A stretch of 64,000 nucleotides of DNA from Phoronis australis. Its lineage: Eukaryota > Animalia > Phoronida. The first letter of the stretch is position 1. The number at the start of each line of letters is the position of its first letter. Shown here piece after piece: positions 1 to 13,576 of the stretch. Location of the stretch: positions 964,086 through 1,028,085 of the forward strand of contig NMRA01000029.1 of the NCBI GenBank assembly GCA_002633005.1. Direction: 5' to 3'. The notes beneath the pieces were generated by a model, which searched no databases, was not told the DNA's origin, and saw only the letters and a program-made list of their open reading frames with translations. The position numbers were made by a program, and so were the translations under genes.

Positions 1-1334
1 TGTTTTCAAGATTTCAAAATTTGGTCATGTTGCTCATACCGTGGTTTTTCCATTAATGTACCTTCGTTTTTTGATAAATTTTACTAAAAAGACACCGTCA
101 CCTGTCGCAGTTACAATGGTAGATCGATCAAATGTAAAAAAATCTAAAGAATTTCTACTTTTACAGAGTTAAAAAATCTATAGTTCAATATATGTATTGC
201 TAGCTACACATTCACAACCTTAGAGCATCATGGGATTTACCCGCATTTTGTTGGAAAAGTTCAAGACGTACAAAAGACAAAAATGATCAAAATCATGACT
301 TTAAAATTTTCAAAGCCACAGGCTCAATTTTAACCAGTCGCACCTTTTCGTTAAAGACACATACGACGCCCTCTTTAAAAACTGTTTCATTCGCGTTTTG
401 GGGTGTAACCTTTTTTGCAAGTTTTTAATATGGCAAGTTTGTGTCTCTAGTTTTGCGCGACACAGACTGTGAACCAACAGGAGATCACAGATTACTTATA
501 GGAATTGATCAGACACCTTTAAACTTGACTTATTGCAGTTTGAGATAACTCACTTATACCTAACTGTTACCCAAGCATGTGGCTTTATATTTAAAGGTGT
601 TTTCGGTTTCTCAAAACTCCATTAAAACACAAAACACTGCTACAACCAACAGGAATTACAAGGCAATATCTAAGAGAACCACAACAATATCTTGACTGAC
701 AATTTCCAGTAAAGTTAAAATTTCACAGGAACACAGAATTATTGATTCACCCAATTATTTGCGGATTATAACAGGCCAGGTCTTAATTTGATCAGTCTAC
801 TAATACCTCACCATGGTTATGACACATCTTAATTACACATTACTAGTCCACAATTAATCAACTCGAGAACAAATTAGTCTAGTGACCTTAAACAGCGAGA
901 TGGAAGTCATGTGTTGAGAGTCAGTGGTCAAAACTGGAAACTCCTCGACTTGATAAGCTAATATCACATGCATTGGAAACAGGCATTACGTCACCATAGC
1001 GAGACTGCTGAGAATGAAGAATCGACTAGAGTTCAGAGAGGAGAAAAATTATCCAAAGCCCCCAGCAGAATATCCACACCATTTGCAGACACTAGAATCC
1101 ACATACATTAACCAGCCACTTTCTAGTGAAGGCGATTAAACATAGAAGATTTTGTCTCTGTAACTGGAACATTTCATTGAAAGATGAGACAATCTGTGAC
1201 CTAGATAAACTACCCACACACTTTGCAGGACTGCATTTTTAAACATCTGCTGAATGGTTTTGAGTTGATGCCAAACCTACATTCACACTATTTACCACCA
1301 ATGTAGTTTACACATCACTGAGCATGTTACATCA

Positions 1335-1865
1335 TAGACAGTCACCACCGTCTCGACCAGCCTTCGAAGCTCCCATAGGCACTTCACATACCGAAAGCTT
1401 TTTGGCGAATTGTGCCTCGTACTGATTAAAACATCAAAGTCATGTTGTTATTACGGTAGTGCCTTTTGTACATAGAGAAACACCTTAGGAGGCCGTCGAT
1501 GTCTTTACTTCCTTTACAACTCGAAAAAATACTCCTGTAATCAAACTTCTTCTTTGAACAGACCTTCGTTCAGTCGCCCCAATTGGCAAATGGCCATTTT
1601 TACAATGCGCACGCTCCTATTTTTACCGAGCATGGGGCAGTATTAAAAATGGCCAGTTGCCGATTTGGGCAACTGAACGAAGGACTGTTCCAAGAAAAAG
1701 CTTGATTACAGTAGCATTTGTTTGGAAGAACATCGACAGCCTCCTAAGGTGTCCCTCTGTGTGCAAAAGGCACTTATAACACGTGGCTGATGTTTTAATC
1801 GGGTAAAAAGTGCTTATAGGAGCTTCATCGTCTAAAAAACCAGTGGAGACAGTGGTCACTGTCTA
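1335..1865. mobile_element. Fold-back (whole-length palindromic) MITE
   Basis: tagacagtcaccaccgtctc at the left end and gagacagtggtcactgtcta at the right end; the imperfect arms pair for about 250 bp (e.g. accttaggagg/cctcctaaggt, cttcgttcagt/actgaacgaag). Confidence 0.8.
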
Positions 1866-3517
1866 CTACCTCACTGTGTGTAGGTAGCAATGAAGTGAAG
1901 GGATTATCGCTTGAGGCAGACATGCTCAGTTAGTACCTTCCATCTCTGCAGGCACTGGTTGACCAAGAGAATAAAGACCTTTGTCATTAGCAATTTATTT
2001 TTATGCACAGTCAACATTGTTTTTTGCAGACACCAACACGGAAAATAGAATAACAACAGGCAAAACAATTTTAACTCATCTGACAAAGGAAAGTTATACA
2101 CAAGGAACAATAAATGTTTCCCTGGGATATTGATTACAGATAAAACGAAATGTTATAATAAAACACAGAAAGTCAATTTAAACATTTGCTACAATTTTAC
2201 ATTGATTAATGGATTCTTACTTAATGGGAAGTTCATGACCACTTTCAAAGGACGATTACCCGGCTTCATTCACGAACGTATCCTACTTGAAAGAGTTGCG
2301 TGAAATTCTCATTATCAGATTCATGTAAATGAGTTGGTGCATGTTACTGTGCGAGCAATAAGAAATGAGAAATAGCAGTTCTACGAAAATCGTTCAACCA
2401 CATTCATGATGCTTGAATGCATTAAAGACTTATTATGAGTAATTTAAATCCTACGCAGCGCCATATCGGAAGTTAAATTCAAACGGAAATAGAACGACCT
2501 GGCGTCTGAGTATCTTAAAAACAATCATGAAACTCCAAAGTTGGTTTCTTTATTTGTGTAATTTTTTTAGCAATAATTCACCTGGTTAAAAAGTCTCAAA
2601 AATGTTCCACTAAATAATGAATCATGGAACTATAGAAAAGTGAGTTATACACTGTTTATGCTTGACAAGACTGCCGCATACCACTAATCAGGGCTGGAAA
2701 CGAGAGGTGAGATTTTTGACAGCTCGTATCAAGTCGCAAAATGTGACCTGGAATATCCGATGTATGCGAGCTGAGTTTTTATACTTCTCGGCAGATACCT
2801 GGCAAACATAAAGCAACTCTTGTGAATACAACCATATTGGTTGTTGCCAAATCAAGTTCAAAGGAACACTACCCGAGAACAGCCCTCCCGATAACTTGTA
2901 GCATGTCGTATGAATATGAGATAATGCAGAATTGATCTTTATCGCATTTCATTGGCTAACATTTTCGGGTACTTTTGCAATTTCCAGATTCACCGAAGAA
3001 AGTTTCAGGACATGGCATAACAAGCGATAAAACGTCACAAAACAGCGGTGTTTCTACTAATTCTTAAATGATCAACTTACTTAAGTTTGTGGTGGAAAAA
3101 CATGTTTTCATGTAAGATGTCATTACCACATGTACCAAATCTCCACAACCAAATTCCTGATATCGCACAGCCGTTGTTAGCACACAAGCCGTCCAGGCAG
3201 ATAATCGTGACTTAGAAATGGGCGTCTCGTTTTTTAGCGTATAAGACAGCAAAGGTGAAAATGGCAACCCCATCAATCGCCAAATGACGGCCATGTCTTT
3301 ACTTTCAGCAAAGTAGTTTTTGAGTTGCCAAAAAATTCTCAAACCCCTTTTCTTGTTTCTGCGACTACGTGCGCGAAATATGATTTTCTTTCACACGAGC
3401 TACTCCAGTGATTCAAGAGCGTGAACTCACACGTGCGCACCATTCCAAGGCTGCACATCAAAGGAGAACAGCGATAGTCCTAAATGAAAGAGTATACCGG
3501 CATTTTGGCTGTGTTAA

Positions 3518-3671
3518 CAGCGGCAGATTTAGAGGGGGGCCAAGGGGGCCATGCCCCCCTAAAATTCACCCAGATACCTAACAGGCAGTTTGGGGGTGTG
3601 AATGTCTGTCAGGCAAAATCCTGGCTAATATTCTGCCCTGCCCCCCAACTCAAAATCCTGGATCTGCCCCT
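3518..3671. mobile_element. hAT-type MITE (CAG.GGC.GAT termini)
   Basis: cagcggcagatttagaggggg ... aaaatcctggatctgcccct; related to 14470-14753. Confidence 0.6.
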
Positions 3672-4427
3672 AGGTTAAGCATCCGGGTGCCAGTGGTTTA
3701 TTTGAAAATGAACTTAACAGATTTCCGGCGGCTGTTATAAAAGACCCGATGCTTTACGATATTCACCGGGAATGATATAAACCACAACTGATATTTTCCT
3801 GTTCCAATGTTTCCTGGAGTCGATGTTCCCTAAATCCGATATTCTATGCCCGTAGCCAGCTACTGCAACTAAACGAATTGATGCCAAATTGTGGTAAGCG
3901 AACTTTTTATTCTTCTCTTCATACATCCCTCGCCTTACAGGCAATTTTTTGCTCCCAGAACACCGTCGGCATAAAATGTTCAGACTCCAATAGAAACAAT
4001 CTTGTTCCGGCTGAAGCCGGCAATTAAAAACAAAATTATTCGGGGTGGCTAAAAAGGGTACAGTGTAGGTGGTAACGAAACCCAGAAAGTCACCCCTACT
4101 AGATGGAGTTTGCCTCGCAAAATCATATTATAATAACGTTTCTTACCATTGCAGTCTTTCAATATCTTATTACCGCAAATACTCAGGTTAACTAACAACG
4201 TATGCTCATGCACCTACTCCGTACCTTTGAGGTGTTTCATAATAAGTGCTCACTGGTCTACCAAGCATTCCCCCTCAACTTTTGAGAATTTCCAATTAAG
4301 CGCCCACTGGTCAGGCTATCGACCATCATAGCGCAATACAAACGACGGCGCGTGGTTTGAAATTGACATGCAGTCTATAGTGAGTCACTCTCATTTTACA
4401 CATTAACAAATTCAGTTTTCAATATGT

Positions 4428-4690
4428 AACAAGAGCAACGCGGAACGTTGAAATACGCCAACGAATGCATTGCAAATGGTGTGCTTTTAGGGTTATTTAT
4501 TTGTATTATAAAAATGGCCACTAGATGGTGCAAAAACATACAATCCACCCAAAAACAAGAACATGCCATATTTCATAAAAATCTGTCAAGGAAATTCATA
4601 GAAACAAAGGAAAACACAACAAAATCAAATTGCCACTAGTGCATGGGCACAGTGTCCGTTGGATCCGCCTGAAAGTCATCGTCGTCTGAC
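4428..4690 (+). repeat. Interspersed repeat (Helentron/HINE-like), partial copy
   Basis: aacaagagcaacgcgga..gaaat.cgcc..acgaatgcat head shared with 9950-10520. Confidence 0.65.
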
Positions 4691-4743
4691 GTTATCTTCA
4701 GTATTGGTGATAGAAAGTAGATTTCAGATATGCAGGCCCAGAG

Positions 4744-4873
4744 CAGGGTAGAGTTCAGTAATGCTAGGACCTCCCTTTAAAAATCTAGCCAAGATCATGT
4801 GTTCTCATTTAAAATAGACGTCAATATCTCGCGTAATCTTGCAAAGTCTTGCTTTTTACTGAACTCTACCCTG
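4744..4873. mobile_element. Small MITE with 18-bp TIR
   Basis: cagggtagagttcagtaa ... ttactgaactctaccctg. Confidence 0.7.
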
Positions 4874-7800
4874 AACTGAAAACACAACTTGGAGTTAAAC
4901 CCCACTCTACGTTAAGCGTATTTAGCGTATTTAACTCCATGGTAAAGCCACAGGCTTTGAATTCTGCACATGGCACATAGACTATGGCGAGAATTGGCGG
5001 TTTATAATAAACTCACAAAAACAGCAAATTTTGTAGTTTTATATAGCTCTGGTTAAAGCTAAACAACTTCAAGGAGTATAATATGCAAAAAATTACGAGT
5101 CGTTACTGAACTTTTAGAGATAAAAAGGGTAACGTTTCGCCAACGTCTACATTGTTTTAAATTCAAGGAGTCTTTTCCCATCTAACAAAAATACTAAAAA
5201 TGAGTTTTCCGGCCATATAAAACCCAAGCATTTCCTTTCAACGGACATTCAGTCTTTCACAAAAGTTCTGATAGATTTCAATTTTATACAATTGCTCCAC
5301 TCTGTTTGGGGCACACCAGAACAGCACCTTTGTTGTTAACCTCAATCTGTTGCCAGGCAGCCAAGCATTTGACCTACATTCCTGGGATGTCAAGAAGCAA
5401 GGCCAGAGACAAGTTTCTAACTAATGAAAGTATGCAGGTCACAAGATTTGACTCAGGGTCAGAAAGACTGAGTTGGTAGTGATTGAGCTAGTGTGCTTGT
5501 CAAAGATGACATGGAAAATGTGAACCAGATCATAGCCCCAATACATCAACAGGCTGATAAAGATTTTAGTTACTGTATTTGGAAAGATTATTGTTGGGTT
5601 TCTTATTCATGCAGTTTTATTATACGATATGATTAACTTTATTACAGAATTTAGCATGAAGCTGTTGATCTGCGGATAAAACAATTGCTAAAATATAACT
5701 CAAACACAAAGTGTTAACTGCATAATTACGCATGAAATATAAACGGTGAATAATACTTATTCCACAATGTAAGAAACGCAGAAGAAAAACTTAAGATCAG
5801 ATTCATTTATAAAAAGAGTGTCATCAAATTGGTGATGAATACCGTACTGCATAAAAATTCATGAATAAGTGTTCACCTCACTCTATAATGTACTGTTGTA
5901 TCAGACATAGTACATACTATACATTGCTAATGTATCAAGGTTGTGTACTTGTTTTTCAGTTGCTCAACCAAGGAATAAAAGGAGAGAGTTTGAGCTTAAG
6001 CTTAATTTAACTTTGCATCTTCAATGACTTTGGTGACATTCATATGGCAGGTCAGTCCTAGAGTTTTAGCAGGGTGTTTTTGCTGTCTCAAATTGTATGC
6101 TGCACTTATCAACAGGAATACTTGCAAAATAATTGCATTAGAAACATGTGTATGTCAACTAGCCATGTGTCTAACTCTTAGAATTTCTGGTCAGTGAACT
6201 TCAATTTCAAAGCTCACGGTGGCCACAGTGACTATCTGACTGTGGTTAAGTGTCCACGTCTGGGTAAATGCCCAACACATTTTTGAAATTTCCAATTTAA
6301 GCGCCCATCTCTGGGTTAAGTGCTCACTTCCCGAGTTCCAGGCTTACCAATTTAAGCGCCCAGGGCATTCATCCAAATATGTACAGTAATTTCTCTTTTC
6401 ATAAAGAACCAACATGTTCACAAATTTGAAATGACTCAACAGCGACCAATCATCATAAAGGTAATTGTCTGAGGTCTAGAACATTCAATATGTGTCTACA
6501 GAGCTTTATTGAGAAAATTTGGCTGTCAAGAACTTGTCAACTGGCACGGACAAATCAACTACGTCAGAATTTCCTGGGGATAAAAAGTGTATATCCCAAT
6601 AAGTAACGGGAATCAATATGCCCTGAATGGAGAGTGAGACATTATAATCCCTCATGACTGACTTAACTGGCAATGTTTGTCGTGTTCTACAGTGCAAGGA
6701 AACCATGAAGTTCCGATATGTTTACTCGAATGATCAAAAAAATCTCTTTAAAAAGCCTCAGAAAATATAGATCTTTGTTACGTAAACCAAATATCGAGTA
6801 TATCCAGTGCATATATATATTTTGTATAGCACGGTTGTTGCACCTATACCCTACCTCAGGTTGCCAAATGTTGAGGTACTACACATTCAGTTGAATCACA
6901 TTTCAACCTGGTGCACACATTTGCTGAACCAATTACAATACAGAAAAATTCTCCAGTTTGATAGTCTAAAATTTGGGACGCCAAAATTCAGAAGATTAGG
7001 ACACGGGTGATTTCGACATTTATCATATTTGTCAAAATATCAGATGCTGCCTTCTAAATTTTGGTACAAGGTTTGACTCGATTTTTCAAATTTCCCAAAT
7101 TGATATGTTTTTCTGTTCACGCCAAACAGAAATCGCAAACTTCAAATTGGAATAAATCTCTATTTATCATCAGCGAATCTTCAGAATCAACGAATTACAT
7201 ACAGTCTACTATTTCATTATGTGTATTTAGGAACATTCATTCACTGTAATAAAAAAACAAACAAAAGGGTTCCATCTCAAAACGTGAACCAAAACACTGT
7301 TGTTCTCAAAAATGGCACTGCATGAATTTTGGAAAATCTAGTTGAAGCAATAATTTGTAATCGTTGGAAAACTTGATTCCTTGAAGAACTTTGATACCGA
7401 CTTTATCCAGTGAGAAAGCTTAGCCTGGTGTACACAAACCAAATAAGAATCTGTTTTGCCAGAGTACTTCCTCAGTTTGTATTTAATAATCAATACCTCA
7501 GCTCAATTAGAACTACCTACAAACTGTTTATCTGGGGTTACCAGCCTATAAATCCATAAGGCAAGGCACACTCACACAGGCACCAAAATAGCCACAGGCA
7601 ATCTTTGTTAATGAAGCGTAATTGAACAGAATTATCAATTTTACTCACTAGAATGTGCTCACCATAGTTTTGACTTCTGACTGCCTATTTCATAATAAAA
7701 ACAAACGAGTCTTAACATGGTATACAGGCTTAACAATGTGGTATAAAGCCAAGAGGGCACCAAGGTAAATGCATGGATGTTTTGAAACATAGGTTTGAAC

Positions 7801-8832
7801 AGTCCATTCTGGCCTATAATCGAAGTTAAGAGCGCAAGTTAACTTGGCACAAAATGGCTGGAGATAACAGCGGAGGCTCAACGAATATTACTTCGATGCC
7901 ATCAGAGTTATAGGCTGGTGTCGCTGTCAATAACAACAGAGTTGTGGTATGACAATATTTTTTATTTTTATTCACCACCCTACCACCGTTATGAAGCAAG
8001 AAAATGCACACAATGACCCAGCCACTTTAAGAAACTCATTATAATTGAATTTTATTTATTTAAAGCCGGATTTTACCCTGTTTGGCTACGAAAAAACAGA
8101 AAATGATTTAAGCTCACACAATTGGTCTCATAATAATATTTCCATTATAAGATTCTATTTTTATATTGGCAATAGAAATAGAATCATATTACGGTAAGGA
8201 ATATTACGAGATTAGTTTTACAAGAGTGAAAAGCCCAATTCGGTTTTCATTTTTTTAGCCCACTAAACAAAGCAAAATACAGTCTTAATTAATTATCAAA
8301 AATATCTTCGGCGAGTAAACTGATCTGTCAATAACTTCATTTGCAATGGGACTCAGATGCAAGTTGTATAGTATGAAGTGAACGATAAACGTAACAGCAC
8401 TAAATGACGTGTTTCCTTATTACGACAGCTAGGCGCAAGAGAAGTTCACAGTCATAGTAAGGAATGACCACAGACTAACGCAAAGTTAGGTTGTTGAAAA
8501 TATAATATATTCTAAAAAACTGACACTTTTCAGAAATGACTAGTCATGAATGGAATAATCCGTCATGACAGGAAACGAACTTTTGTTTATTTTTTATGAT
8601 GGCTCCGGTGTAAATTAAAAAAAATAGCTGGACGCAGTTCTCTAACCAATGTAATTGAAAAAAACCACTTACAATGCGAACTAATACATTGCAATAACGG
8701 CAATTGTGATGTCAAACTTGAATACACCATCGATCATTCGTACAGACTGCACAGGGCTTGAAGTCACGTCAAGTAATCAATGCTTTTGTGTCTGCACATG
8801 CCCTGAGGAAAATGGCTAGCAGTTTTGACAGG

Positions 8833-8879
<47 letters not shown>

Positions 8880-8882
8880 CAC
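8833..8882. repeat. Compound microsatellite (GCAC)n(AC)n
   Basis: Read directly from the sequence. Confidence 0.95.
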
Positions 8883-9949
8883 TGAAAAATGCTTCATTTG
8901 CTTTTCTTGGTCATTACAATACATTTCTTGAATGGAATCTTCAGACAGTATTACTGCAGCACAAAGGGCTCTTGTTCTGGTCCACTAACTAGAAACCCTG
9001 ATTCTCTGTAATAAAGGTTTCAGTAACATGATGTATTCTGCGTTTTAATTACCAAAAAAATAATCCATGAAGTTTGCTACACGAGATCAATTCTAAACCA
9101 CAAGTAGGTGATGATCGCTCACCAGCAGACATGTCCACGCAGATGTGTACAGTCTGTTCTTTTTTCGATTTTCCAAAACAAAATAAAAATGGCATGCAGA
9201 AATTCATCTGTAAAATAGAGCTACAGAATAAACACAGTGGAACGAGTAAGGAAACTACCAGGACAATGTCACGTTATCTATTACTTTGAAATAATAAAAC
9301 GGAATCTGCTGACTTACAAAACGGAAAAAAACAGAATTTGAGGTTTGCTAAAACGGAGTTCACTATTTTTGAGAATGTTAAATTCGTGCAATGCCATGTG
9401 ATAATTTTTGCATTGTGGAAAGAACTTAACTACAACAAGAATGATTGCCCAATCAATCAGTAGCCATTGTTGCCAAGAGACAGAGCTGGTCAGGGTTGTT
9501 GTTTATGTTCCAAAACACCATAATTAACAGCAAACTAAGCAACCATGAAACTCATCACATGCTATATTCCCACATGTTAGGACTAGCCAACTTACTCTAT
9601 TAGGTTGTCTAGCAGTTTATAAGTTTACTTATTCAAGCGAAATAAATCTACAAATCAAAACATTTCAACTCCGTAAAAATATATTTTTTGAAAGTGGAAA
9701 CCTTGTAGAGCTCAACTTTTGACTTTATTAGTAAAATTTAGCAAGAAAGAAAGGTACATTCATAGCATAACATGACCAAATTTCACCAAAGAATATAAAT
9801 TCTGAAGATGGAATCTTAAGCAAAATATTTTTTACCAAAACTCAAATTCGTATGATATATGGTCATAAAAATTAGAAAATGACCAATTTCAACCGCTGCC
9901 TGGTCATTAACTACAGTCACATCTCACTGACTTCAGATAAGAATAATTA

Positions 9950-10520
9950 AACAAGAGCAACGCGGAGCATTGAAATGCGCCCACGAATGCATCACAAACG
10001 GTGTGCTAAACGGGTTATTTATTTGTGTCATAAAAATGGCCACCAGATGGTGAAAAATGTACAATCCATCCAAAAATGGTAACATGTCATAGATTCTTTA
10101 ATAGAAAGCTATTCACCAAATTTCATAGAAATCTGTCACGGAAATTCAGAGAAACAGTGTTCATTGGATCCGCCTGAAAGTCGTCACTGTTTGTTGGCCA
10201 CTAGGTGGCGCAATCTATCCGAAAACAAGAGGATAACGTCATCTCACTTATAGATGCCAACATGCCAAATTACATGAAAATACGCTGAAGACCTTTGAAG
10301 ATAAAGAGGTAAGCATAAAAAACTAAAATTGCCACCAGGGGGCACACCAGTAGTCGGATCCATTCGAAAATTCGCTCAAGTCGTCCCATCCATGAAAGGA
10401 ACACATGTGCAAAATTTTATGAACATATGTCAAATGGTTTTGGAGTTAGAGCAGCGGACGTCGGACGGACGGAGATGACGGCATAATGCGTCCATGTACA
10501 AATATGTGGGCGCATAAAAA
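9950..10520 (+). repeat. Interspersed repeat (Helentron/HINE-like), near-full copy
   Basis: aacaagag head, internal core, (GGAC)n microsatellite and a terminal hairpin ending gcgcataaaaa. Other copies at 4428, 27973+29308 (minus) and 38653 (minus). Confidence 0.7.
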
Positions 10521-12372
10521 TTGACCCTTTTTTCATTTTTTAAAGTCTTCTATCATTATTCTAGGTGCCTAAAATTTCTCAGAATCAAATCACTGTCCGA
10601 CGGATGTTATGTTATAGATCTCAACAAACAGCATAGCAATTATTTGGTACTACTTATGATTAAATAAAGAAAACAAATAAAATTTCAGTTGTGGGCCATA
10701 TTGTGTCAAAACAGGGGTACCCGATAACTGAACTATTTCTATTTTTGCTGTGCTATCAAGACAATAAACAACTGTCTAAATTCTGGTAAAATCTAACCAT
10801 TATTCAGAAATGAGAGTTAATTTTGTCATTTTTTTCATAAAACGGTTTCATTTAGTTACCATAGTACGGCTTACCATGATTGTTGAGTTGTGTAATACAG
10901 GTACGGTACTATTACTGATGAGTTGGTTGCATATAGCACAATGTTAGAAGATTCTGACACAATGGACGAAGGGGCACTTATCGTAATTATTTTCGTCTTA
11001 ACTCCTGTGAAATTTTTCCTTTTCTACTCCTAATTGGAAAGCATACACCTGGGGGCTTCTTGTCACCGATTTTAAGTCCCAAGCTGAAAGAATGACAGAT
11101 AATTTCCTAGAGCCTGTACACTAACTAATGGTTGTATCTATATTTTGAATTACATTACAACGCCATTTAAAAATAACTTTATTCGCCAAATATACACATT
11201 GTCAATTATTGGACAACCGAAACAAAGGTACCTTCAATGTTCTGTACTCTAGTTTCGGAATAAATCACTTGAAATTAAATTACCTACCACATGCTAATAA
11301 GGCCTGATAAATTTAATATGCTTTCTGCTAATTAAACCAGCTGCCCAGCAAAGCTCTCCACAGTAGCAGATCCCACACACACTTTGCTCATTAAGAGCAC
11401 AATGCTCTTCTCAGTCACTGTATGGTGCAGGTATAATTCTTCAGGCTAAATGAGCATCCTGTTGACATCTATTTCAAGTAACAGTCCCAACATTTTCAGA
11501 ATAACACATGGCTTGCTTGACTTTTGTCTTTAAATGAAAAAATCTAATTCTGCTTGGCACTATGCACTCAAGACCCTAGACAGACAATGAGAAACAGACC
11601 TTCACCTCAAACTACAGGCTCTCCTGTAGCTTACACTAGATTCTTTGAGTTAAACCTTTTAGCTGTGGAAGTGATTTTTCTTCCATTTAGCTGTCAATAC
11701 TGTAGTCATACCAGCGTTTTGTTTTAAAAATATTACATGTACTTATCAGATCATGCCAAATGAGCCAGCAATTCAAGTAACATGCACCATTCTCAAATTT
11801 GCAATTTTGGGTTGGCTGACCCCAATAAACTGTGAAATGTTTTCTGGAGTCGCGCACGGTTTCAATGTTCTTGTTGGTAATCAAAATCCAATCCTACCAC
11901 AGCAAGAAATACCACAAGACCAATTTTATGAGCTTTTTGAATTAACTCATTTTCATTTTTGGCAGCTAAATGCTAAAGAAAAGCAGTTTTCAGTACCACA
12001 CACTAGGCATTGAGAGATAACATAAACTGGGATACTGGGCCACAAGTTATCAGGGGCGGATGCTCATCCATAAATTTTCATGAAGACTTGACATTTTTCA
12101 AAAGCCAAATGGCTTACATAATTGATGAGAACTCGCTACATAATTGGCCAATATGAATTTTAAAGCAAACAGTACATTCATTCATTGTGTACGCATGGCA
12201 GTTATTCAAACAGCATAGCACAAGGAGAATGCAAAAAAAACCCTTCATTATCACTGTACTGGATGAAATTGACATTTTCCATTTTTTCAACAATCCATTA
12301 TTTCAAATGCATACTTCAACCAAACACTGTGCAGTTACAACTAAATCACACAACAAAGTCAAATTGCCAAAC

Positions 12373-12836
12373 TTTTCTTTTCCTTAATCTACTTCCTGCT
12401 CTATCTTTTTTAACTTTCATTCCATTCGACTTCCCCACCTTCTCTTTCCCACTAGCCCATCCTCCCTTCCTAGCTCTCCCACCTGATTCCTCACTCTCTA
12501 TTTCCTCCTCCCTTAGCCCAGTCCTGTCTTTTCTCTTCATACTTCTCATTACTCATTCCTTCCATTCTCCCCAACCCCTTTCCCCACCCACTTCCCTTCC
12601 CATGCCCCTTGATCCTCATTTCTATCCCTTCCATCAGTTCCTGTTCTATCCTTTACCCTCTTCACCCACCTTGCTCTTATCCTCTTTCACTTCCTGTCTA
12701 CCTTCCCTAACCACGATCCTCCCCATTCCTCCCATTCCGCCTTCCTCTCTACCCTCCCTAACCATCTTGCTCTTCATTCCTACCCTCGCCCCACATCCTT
12801 CTCCCATTCTCCTCTCCACCCTCCTACACTTCTCCA
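12373..12836. repeat. Low-complexity C/T-rich tract (G/A-rich on the ERC sense strand)
   Basis: About 460 nt strongly pyrimidine-biased and G-poor on the plus strand, abutting the ERC splice donor. Confidence 0.9.
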
Positions 12837-12841
12837 CTTAC

Positions 12842-13576
12842 CTGCATGTCTGCCTGAGCCTGCTTCAGCTGCTGGTTGAGCAGTGCATGCTTTGCACACT
12901 CTTCCTTTCTAAGCGCCCGTTCCTTTTTCAGCTCAGGGCTCCAGAACGTCTTGATACTATTCATGCTGGAACTTAGTTTGTCCTTGGACAGCTGCAGCTC
13001 TTCTCCGACAAGAGCGCACTCTTTGGTCAGTTCCGAGATTTGTGTCTGAAGTTCCAAGATATACGTGTCGCGAGGGAACGGGTTCGTGTAGTCAAAGTTA
13101 TAGTCCCGCTCGGCATTTCGCCCGAGCGATAAATAATCACGGTCGAGTGACCGGTCACGAAGTTTCCGGCGATCAATGCTTCCATACTGATCCTGATATC
13201 GGTCAACAGCCATTCCCATGCCACGGTCCAGTGATCGGTAACCATAGTTTCTAGCCGAGTCTCCTGAGCTGTCCAATCTCTCATTAGACTGACCATGTGA
13301 TCCAGAACCACTACCTTTGGAACTCGTCATGCTGTTGGACCTACTGTGTGCGGGGCTCTGGAAGGGAGAGCCTTCTCCTAGACTAGAGTATCCCATCTGA
13401 TCCATGGGGCTGTCACTCCTGGATCCACCGCCCATGTGCCTTGGGCGGCCGGATTGTGAGAGCATCTTCTGGGCCGGGCTGCTTCTTGGATTGAGGTTTC
13501 CAGGGAAGGTCTTTGACGGACTGTGTACTGGCGAGGGCTCCGACTTGGACAGATCCGATTGTGGCTGACTATACAT
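12842..13576 (-). CDS. ERC1: ELKS/ERC (CAST/Bruchpilot-like) active-zone protein, first coding exon (245 codons); rest of gene not found in window
   Basis: Translation contains the ERC/CAST hallmark KLSSSMNSIKTFWSPELKKERALRKEE, preceded by a coiled-coil start. The exon ends at a phase-0 CAG|GTAAGT donor (12842/12841). An upstream acceptor (ttgcccttgttgtag, exon start 13606) leaves 30 nt of UTR before the ATG. Confidence 0.93.

Noticed and set aside
1-12370. Further ERC exons or nested genes
   Set aside because: I found no coiled-coil-coding exon with splice sites by eye; the short ORFs fall in MITEs or AT-rich intron. Small exons could have been missed.
12185-12976. 263-aa plus-strand ORF and overlapping G/E/R-rich minus-strand ORFs (12346-12549, 12646-12837)
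   Set aside because: Products of the low-complexity C/T tract and antisense overlap with the ERC exon; no domain signal.
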